Below the pieces are notes generated by a model. It was given only the letters and a program-made list of their open reading frames with translations. It was not told where the DNA came from and made no database searches. Position numbers and translations under genes: made by a program. A stretch of 64,000 bases of DNA from Propionibacteriales bacterium (lineage in GTDB: Bacteria; Actinomycetota; Actinomycetes; Propionibacteriales; Nocardioidaceae), in contig JBBSET010000008.1 of NCBI GenBank assembly GCA_038239485.1, positions 8,857 to 72,856 on the forward strand, written 5' to 3'. Position 1 is the first letter of the stretch. Every line of letters begins with the position of its first letter. Positions 57,784 through 64,000 of the stretch are shown piece by piece.

Positions 57784-58980
57784 ATGAGGATCCTGCAGCT
57801 GCACAACCTTCATGAGTCCCGCGGCGGGGCTGATGATGTGCTGGATCACGACGGACACCTGCTTCGCGACGCGGGCCACGACGTCGAGGCCTACACCCTC
57901 GCCTCGGCCGCCGACATGGGCCTGTCGCCCATCCGCGCTGGCGCCAAGGCGGTCTGGAACCAGGAGGCCTGCCGGGCCCTCGAGCAGCGCATTCTCCGGT
58001 TCAAGCCTGACGTCGTCCATGTGCACACGCCCTATCCGCTGATGTCGCCGGCCGTCTTCCGGACGGCTCACCGGATGGGCGTTCCAGCCGTTGCCACCCT
58101 GCACAGCTACCGCTACTCCTGCATCGCCGCGACATGCGTGCGAGACGGCCACATCTGCGAAGACTGCGTCGGCAAGCGACTCAAGCTCTCCGGCATCCAG
58201 CATCGTTGCTATCACGACAGCCTCGGTGCCAGCGTCGCCCTGACCGCGTCACTCGTGCTGCACAGGCATATTGGCACCTTTCACCACTCGGTCTGGCGCT
58301 TCTTGGCTTTGACCGAGTTCTCCAAACGCCTGTTGGCGCGTGACGGGATTCCTGGCCACAAGATCTTGGTCAAGCCGAATTCAGTCTCCGATCCTGGACC
58401 AAGAGACGCCGATCTGACGCAGCCGTACGTGGCTTTCGTCGGCCGCCTCATCGACGTCAAAGGCATAACCACGCTGCTCGAGGGCTGGTCGAGGTCAGAC
58501 CATGCGGGCCTACGCCTACGTATCGGCGGAGATGGCGAAATGCGCAGTGTGGTGGAGGAGTACGCGCAGAGGGATCCGTCGATCGACTACATCGGCTGGC
58601 TTTCCGAGGCCGCCGTTTTCGACTTCATGGGCGCCGCCAAGGCAGTGATCGTGCCCTCCCACTGGTACGAGGGAGGCGTCCCGTTGGTGGTCTTGCGAAG
58701 CCTCGCGGTCGGGACCCCCGTCATCGTCACGGATTTGGAGAGCATTTGTGAAAGCGTGCTTGCCGACGGCGCCGGCTACTGTTTCGGGCTGAGAGACCCA
58801 GCATCCCTTGCCGACGTCCTTACTTATGTCTCGCGCCACGATGCGGAGCTCGCGGGCAAGCGCGCCAACGCCAGGGCGTCATACGTGGCTCGGTACACGC
58901 CACAAGCAGACCTGCAGGCGCTGGAGACCATCTACCGAGAGGCCGCCGAGAATCGGTCTCCGTCCGGGCGTGGAGCCTGA
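57784..58980 (+). CDS. Glycosyltransferase family 4 (GT-B fold)
   Basis: ATG 57784 behind GGGAGGGA gives MRILQLHNLHESRGGAD. The C-terminal motif is PSHWYEGGVPLVVLRSLAVGTPVIVTDL. Confidence 0.85.
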   Translation: MRILQLHNLHESRGGADDVLDHDGHLLRDAGHDVEAYTLASAADMGLSPIRAGAKAVWNQEACRALEQRILRFKPDVVHVHTPYPLMSPAVFRTAHRMGVPAVATLHSYRYSCIAATCVRDGHICEDCVGKRLKLSGIQHRCYHDSLGASVALTASLVLHRHIGTFHHSVWRFLALTEFSKRLLARDGIPGHKILVKPNSVSDPGPRDADLTQPYVAFVGRLIDVKGITTLLEGWSRSDHAGLRLRIGGDGEMRSVVEEYAQRDPSIDYIGWLSEAAVFDFMGAAKAVIVPSHWYEGGVPLVVLRSLAVGTPVIVTDLESICESVLADGAGYCFGLRDPASLADVLTYVSRHDAELAGKRANARASYVARYTPQADLQALETIYREAAENRSPSGRGA

Positions 58981-59021
58981 AGACGCTCGCAGATGGTTAC
59001 GATCGGCGGGCAGGTGCTCGG

Positions 59022-60518
59022 TTGGCAGGCTTGACGCGTCGTCGTCTGCTCAAACAGACGGCGCTCGCCGCGACAGTAGCCGCCCTCGGCACGGCATGCA
59101 CGAACCCGGCGGCGCCAGGGATCTTGCAACCAGTTGCCGCCAGCAGGTCAGAGGACCTGGTGCAGCACTACGGCTTGAATGCGAGCGTCGGCTTCGGAAG
59201 CGGCATCTACAGCTACACCAGTGCGGTCATCGACTTGATCGCGGAACTCGGAGTACGAACTATTCGTACCCGGATCCTCACCGTGGAGTCCGAGGGAACC
59301 CAGAATCTGCGGCAGTCCGTGACGACGCTCGCCAACACCTACGGCATCCGTTGGCATGCGACCTGCCTACTTCTCGAGGACATCGATGCGGACTACCAGG
59401 CCACGATGGGGGCCATCGTCAAGGAGCTCACGACACAGTACGCGCCGGCGGCACCTGGCCACGATCTGTCGAGGATCGTCGCGTCACTGGGCGGCCCCAA
59501 CGAGGTCAATGCTTCACAGCTGCTCGGCGCCATAGGCACGCCTTGGTACACGGCGGCGCGAACCTTGCAGACGACGCTCTGGGAGCAGGCCCGGGTCCAG
59601 AACGCCTACTGGTCCGGGTGGACAGCAGCCGGCGGCGACCGGATCGTGATCGCCGGACCTTCCACGCGTACCAACACGACCCGCGACGAGCTGGTCGAGC
59701 TCGGAGATCTCACGTCGGTCTGCGATGCCGGGAACGCCCACATCTACCAACGTGGTGTCAGCCCCTCGACCGACCTGGACGCCACCCTCGCTGAGCTGTC
59801 CATCTGCTTCGGCGACTACCCGTGCCTGGTCACGGAGGCCGGATACAACAACTCATTGCAGACGAACGGCAGCCTCACGGTGCCGGAATGGGCATCGAAC
59901 ATCTATGCCCCGCGAGCGGTCTGCGACTTCTTCAAGCGCGGAGCCGCATACTTCCGGTACGAGCTGCTCGACGACCCCGACAGCATCGACTTCACGTCGC
60001 TCGCCACTATCGACGCCACAGCAGATGACAACTCCCACTTCGGGATCGTCGCCATGACCGCCAACTCGGCGGTGGTGTCGGACAATCCGCCAGCGACCTG
60101 GCGCAAGAAGCCAGAGTTCTCCACGATGCAGAGGTGGATCGACCTCCTGTCCGATCGGGACCCCACCACGTTTCAGCCGTATGACTTCACGCCGACCCCG
60201 CTCACCTACTCCGTCACGGGCGGCTCGGCCGTTCAGCAGCTGCTCGTCCAGAAGCACGACGGCCACCACTACCTCATCCTGTGGAGGGACGTCGACGTCT
60301 ATGCGCCCGACCCGCAGGTCCGAAGCGACCTCCGTGCGACGATAACTCCTCAGCTCATCGACGTGACGCTGCGCGATCAGGCCAACATTCGGATCTTCAA
60401 GCCCGCGTCGGGCGGAAGTGCCTCGACTGCAGCTCCTGTTGACCGGCTCAGGGTTTCCGCGGGCAAGACGGCCCAGGTCGACCTCGACTACGACCTTGTG
60501 GTCCTCGAGATCTGGTAA
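59022..60518 (+). CDS. Tat-signal lipoprotein, putative clan GH-A (TIM-barrel) glycoside hydrolase
   Basis: The N-terminus has a twin-arginine signal and lipobox (LTRRRLLKQTALAATVAALGTAC). Candidate acid/base and nucleophile motifs are LGGPNEVN and CLVTEAGYNN. The family assignment is tentative. Confidence 0.55.
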   Translation: MAGLTRRRLLKQTALAATVAALGTACTNPAAPGILQPVAASRSEDLVQHYGLNASVGFGSGIYSYTSAVIDLIAELGVRTIRTRILTVESEGTQNLRQSVTTLANTYGIRWHATCLLLEDIDADYQATMGAIVKELTTQYAPAAPGHDLSRIVASLGGPNEVNASQLLGAIGTPWYTAARTLQTTLWEQARVQNAYWSGWTAAGGDRIVIAGPSTRTNTTRDELVELGDLTSVCDAGNAHIYQRGVSPSTDLDATLAELSICFGDYPCLVTEAGYNNSLQTNGSLTVPEWASNIYAPRAVCDFFKRGAAYFRYELLDDPDSIDFTSLATIDATADDNSHFGIVAMTANSAVVSDNPPATWRKKPEFSTMQRWIDLLSDRDPTTFQPYDFTPTPLTYSVTGGSAVQQLLVQKHDGHHYLILWRDVDVYAPDPQVRSDLRATITPQLIDVTLRDQANIRIFKPASGGSASTAAPVDRLRVSAGKTAQVDLDYDLVVLEIW

Positions 60519-60577
60519 CGCGTCGCTCGCTCACGTTGGGTATCAGTCCGAGGGCGAGCAAGGCACTCCACGCGCAG

Positions 60578-61408
60578 CTATCCCGGATATGTCGCCTCCC
60601 ACTGCATGTCCCGTCCGATCGCGGCGTAGAGGGCGGCGTTGTACGGCCGGTAGTAGTCAGCCAGCCAGGCGCGCGTGTCCGGGTCGATCGGGGGACGTCG
60701 GCGCTGGTTGTACGTCCGGAGCGAGGACCGCTCGAGTGCGGGAAGGCCGAGGAAGCGCTGGACCTCGAGGAACGTGACCACCGGATCGTCGAACATGTCT
60801 TCGGCGCGCACGACCAAGACTTGTCGGCGAGGGAAGCGCTCCAGCCAGCTGGCCACGTGCTCGACATAGCGGCCGCGAGCGAGATAGGTGTGGTTGTCAT
60901 GATGTGCGGAGTAGTAATGAGGGTCAGACAGCAGACGCGACGCATCTACGGTGTCCAGCCGACTCGACTCCGCTGCTATCGCCGCCTCGAACGACTCGAT
61001 GAGTTCCGTGCCCGCGGCCACCCTGTCCCAGTAGTTCGAGTATGCCCTCGCGACAGGATCACGAAGCGAGATGATGAGCTTCACGTGAGGCAGGTCTCGC
61101 GCCACCCGGCCGGGAACGGCAGGGTGGAACATGTAGTAAGGGCTGGCTTCTCCCACCACCGTGTCAGCTCCGACTCGTCGCTGCTGGCGGTGCCGCGAGC
61201 GCGCGCTCGGGAAGTGTGATCGATACCAGCGAGCCCCTCGCCAGTAGTTGATGTCGAAGTAGTGCGGGCTCTTGAGGCCCTGCATGTGAGGGAAGGGACG
61301 AGCTACGGCCGGATGTGACATCAGCCAGTTGATGAGCGAGCTGGTACCGGCCTTCTTGGCGCCGATGACCAGGAAGTCCGGCGCTGGCCGCCACGAGGCC
61401 GTCGCCAT
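60578..61408 (-). CDS. Sulfotransferase family protein
   Basis: A 5'-PSB loop (FLVIGAKKAGTSSL) and a 3'-PB motif (SLRDPVARAYSNY) are present. ATG 61408 is preferred over the ORF-track start at 61549 because the P-loop normally lies near the N-terminus. The start is uncertain. Confidence 0.8.
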   Translation of the reverse strand: MATASWRPAPDFLVIGAKKAGTSSLINWLMSHPAVARPFPHMQGLKSPHYFDINYWRGARWYRSHFPSARSRHRQQRRVGADTVVGEASPYYMFHPAVPGRVARDLPHVKLIISLRDPVARAYSNYWDRVAAGTELIESFEAAIAAESSRLDTVDASRLLSDPHYYSAHHDNHTYLARGRYVEHVASWLERFPRRQVLVVRAEDMFDDPVVTFLEVQRFLGLPALERSSLRTYNQRRRPPIDPDTRAWLADYYRPYNAALYAAIGRDMQWEATYPG

Positions 61409-61606
61409 CCCGTAACCGCGAAAACCTGCTCTCGCAAGGTGGCGGAGGGGCCGGGGGATGGGTTGCCGGATCAAGCGCAAGTGTTCGGGCAGCTCGATGC
61501 CGCGGACCACCTCAGCCTGCTCGTCCATGCTGGTCACGTTAGCGACCATGACGGAGGAGTTCCGAACCCAGGGGCATGTGCAAGCCCTCGCCCGCCATGC
61601 AGGGGG

Positions 61607-63178
61607 CTAGAGGTGCTGCGCGCTGTCGAACCGGGGTGCGGGGCGACTGACCCCGAAAGGTGCCGACGCTCCGACCGAGCCGGGACGGACATCGTTGTAC
61701 ACGACTCCGGTGATGTGTGCGCCGACCTGTTGGATCCGCTGGAGGGCGTCGCTCAGCGCACGCTGGTGCGTCTGTCCTTCTCGAACCACCAGCAGGCTCT
61801 GATCGGCGAACGGAACGAGCTCCAGCGGGTCTGCTACCTCCAGGACAGCGGCGCTGTCGAGCACGACGAGATCCGCGGACTCGGCCAGCCCGGCGATCAA
61901 GGACTGCAGCCGTGGCGAGGCCAGCAGCTCGGCCGGGTTCGGCGGCGTCGTGCCGGCCGGGAGTACCCGGAGCCCTTCGATCCCCACGTCGGCCAGGACG
62001 CCATCCTGCACGCTGTTGCCGGCCAGCAGATCTGAGAGTCCGCTCCTGTCACCCAAACCGAAGACCGTGGCCAGGTGAGGGTCGCGCAGGTTGGTGTCGA
62101 CGAGAACCACGCGCAGACCTGCCCCGGCGGCGGCGGCGGCCAAGTTGGCGGCGGTGGACGTCGTGCCCTCACCTGGCCGACCGGAGCAGACGAGGAGGAC
62201 CTTCGCGCGCGGGACGGTACTCGACTGCGGTGGGACCGCCCCGAGCAGGAACCGCACATTGGCGCCGAGCCGCCGATACGCCTCACCCCCAGGCGTGTGC
62301 TGGTCGGCGAGCCTAGTCGAAACGCGGGCATGCGGTATCCGGCCCAGAATCGGAGTATCTCCGATGGCGCCGCGCAGGCTCGACTCGTCACGGATGACGT
62401 CGTCGAAATAGTCACGGATGTACGCCAGCGCGATGCCCAGGATCAGCCCGAACGCTGCCGCCAGAATTGCGCTGCGCAGCGGCTTGGGTGACGACGGACC
62501 CGACGGTTGGACGGCGGGAACGACCACCTGCCCGCTGGAGTCCGTCTGTGACATCGACAGAATCTGGTTCGCGTGCTGTTGCGTCAACACGACCCGCTCG
62601 GCCACCAGACCGTCGCGCTGAGCGCTGAGCGCCGACTGCTGACTCGTGGTGGGATTGCGAGCGAGTTGGGTCGTGATCCGACCGATCTGGTTGTTCAGGC
62701 TGCTGATGGAATCCGCCAGGGACGACGCCCGCTGGCTCATCTGCTGCTGGCCGAGCGAGAGGTAGCCGTTCGCGAACCCGTTGGCAACATCGGCAGCCTT
62801 TGCCGCCGTGCTCTGCGTCGTGGCAACCGTGACGACCGCCCCACCGTTGGCGTCGAGGGTCACGGTGGTCGAGTTGATGAGATCAGTAGGGCTCTCATCG
62901 AGCTTCAGCTGCTTGATCACGAGCTTGGCCACCTCGGTCGACGTGACCATCCGCGACTCGGTGGCGATCTGCGCGGTTGAGAGTGTGCTCACCGGGCTGC
63001 CGGCGCTCGTCGGGTTGGGAGCCAGCACAACGGTCGCCTGGGACCCATAACTGGATGGCTGCCGCATCGAGAGGGCAAGGCTCAGGGCGACGGCGAGGAT
63101 CACGACAATCGCGACGACTTTCCATCGCCGGCGTAACGCCGCGACCTGATCCCGTAGCTGGACCGTGTCAGTCTCCAC
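61607..63178 (-). CDS. Wzz/chain-length-determinant plus BY-kinase-like (CpsD/CapB P-loop) protein with a degenerate Walker A
   Basis: GTG 63178 behind GAGGAG (5-nt spacer) gives VETDTVQLRDQVAALRRRWKVVAIVV.., 523 aa; the ORF-track start at 63454 is unlikely. An N-terminal Wzz domain has two TM helices. The C-terminal ATPase-like domain carries GRPGEGTTSTAANLA, VVLVDTNLRDP, VVLDSAAV and LLVVREGQT. Confidence 0.8.
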   Translation of the reverse strand: METDTVQLRDQVAALRRRWKVVAIVVILAVALSLALSMRQPSSYGSQATVVLAPNPTSAGSPVSTLSTAQIATESRMVTSTEVAKLVIKQLKLDESPTDLINSTTVTLDANGGAVVTVATTQSTAAKAADVANGFANGYLSLGQQQMSQRASSLADSISSLNNQIGRITTQLARNPTTSQQSALSAQRDGLVAERVVLTQQHANQILSMSQTDSSGQVVVPAVQPSGPSSPKPLRSAILAAAFGLILGIALAYIRDYFDDVIRDESSLRGAIGDTPILGRIPHARVSTRLADQHTPGGEAYRRLGANVRFLLGAVPPQSSTVPRAKVLLVCSGRPGEGTTSTAANLAAAAAGAGLRVVLVDTNLRDPHLATVFGLGDRSGLSDLLAGNSVQDGVLADVGIEGLRVLPAGTTPPNPAELLASPRLQSLIAGLAESADLVVLDSAAVLEVADPLELVPFADQSLLVVREGQTHQRALSDALQRIQQVGAHITGVVYNDVRPGSVGASAPFGVSRPAPRFDSAQHL

Positions 63179-63634
63179 TGATGCTCCTCGAAACTCATCC
63201 AGAATCCGTTTCGCACAGGCTACCTCACGGTGCTCGCGGCGACTTACGATTCGAAAGGTGCGGTACCCCCAGCGCTGGATTCGGAGACGCCAGCGGGTTA
63301 GCGAAAGGTTAAATTCCGCGGCGTGTCGGTGCTGACATGAAGATTGGCGCCGCCCTTGCGGAGCCCGACCCGTGTTTGCGTGTGAGGCAAAACACTTCGC
63401 ATACGCCATCGCAGTAGTCGCGGCCCGAGCCTTTGACGGCAGATCCCCCTCCATCGGTCACGGAAGGTGTTGATCTCTACCGCAAACGGTCAAGTTGTCG
63501 TGCACGCTTTGCGGCCTGTAATCTCGGCTCGTCGCATCCGGTGGTGTCCGCCACCTCACCGTCTACGGGCGCCCGCCGTGGGTGCGGCCTCACCCACAGC
63601 GCTGTGTCAGCCACCACGTACGAGGAGGTACTGC

Positions 63635-64000
63635 GTGACCGAACCAAGCACAGCAGGCCCAGATCTCGTGGTCGCAGGGGCCGCCCGAAGCGGCACCTCA
63701 ACACTGGTCGCGCACCTCTCCCAGCATCCTGACGTCGATATGGGGGCCGTGAAGGAGCCGAACTACTTCAGCCGGCACTTCGACCGCGGTCCCGACTGGT
63801 ACGACGGCCTGTTCGCCAGACGGACCGCCGGGCTGGTTCGGCTCGATGCCAGTACGTCGTACACCTATCCGCAGTTTCCCGAAGCTCTCACGCGTCTCGT
63901 CCAAGCATCTCCCGACGTCTACGTCATATACACGGTTCGTGACCCGATCGCTCGCGCGGTCTCTCATTTTCTCTTCTACCGATACTTCTTCAAGCGTGAG
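63635..64000 (+). CDS. Sulfotransferase family protein (N-terminal 122 codons; continues beyond the window)
   Basis: Not in the ORF track because there is no stop in the window. GTG 63635 behind GAGGAGG gives my translation VTEPSTAGPDLVVAGAARSGTSTLVAHLSQHPDV...VYVIYTVRDPIARAVSHF, which contains both 5'-PSB and 3'-PB motifs. Confidence 0.75.
   Translation, partial: MTEPSTAGPDLVVAGAARSGTSTLVAHLSQHPDVDMGAVKEPNYFSRHFDRGPDWYDGLFARRTAGLVRLDASTSYTYPQFPEALTRLVQASPDVYVIYTVRDPIARAVSHFLFYRYFFKRE

Overview
High-GC (about 70%) Actinomycetota chromosomal window, densely coding, with no rRNA, tRNA, CRISPR, transposase or integrase that I could find. From left to right it holds the following.

(1) A fluoride-resistance module: a DUF190 gene plus two crcB genes, sitting behind a ZIP metal permease.

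(2) Two decayed genes: a frameshifted SfnB-like acyl-CoA-dehydrogenase-family gene and a truncated, frameshifted MFS transporter.

(3) An ~11 kb L-rhamnose uptake and catabolism operon with a divergent LacI-family regulator.

(4) A ~7 kb accessory insertion at 17.4-24.7 kb. It contains a tightly coupled three-gene operon: an EACC1-like small protein, a caspase (peptidase C14) fused to a helical repeat, a TTEP tandem-repeat linker and ~8 TM helices, and a plant alpha-dioxygenase/COX-like haem fatty-acid oxygenase. Convergent with this operon is a two-gene operon encoding a 4-TM Thr-rich membrane protein and a 558-aa GxSxG lipase-like alpha/beta-hydrolase. This is my best candidate for an undescribed conflict or programmed-cell-death-type system.

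(5) A conserved actinobacterial block: bldC, a conserved hypothetical, vdh, DUF3073, purM and purF. The remaining purine genes (purL/Q/S, purC, purB, purD, purA) follow, interspersed with accessory genes including a secreted beta-propeller / LamG / metallophosphoesterase trio.

(6) Housekeeping genes: lipid kinase, DUF3151, DedA, TrmH, fba and pyrE.

(7) A cell-envelope glycan cluster suggestive of a sulfated polysaccharide: two GT4 glycosyltransferases, a Cys-type sulfatase with divergent FGE, a clan GH-A-like lipoprotein, two sulfotransferases and a BY-kinase-like protein whose Walker A lysine is replaced.

Many long ORFs in the supplied track are antisense GC artefacts or spurious N-terminal extensions. 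All functional calls rest on my recognition of motifs and families in the translations, because no searches could be run.
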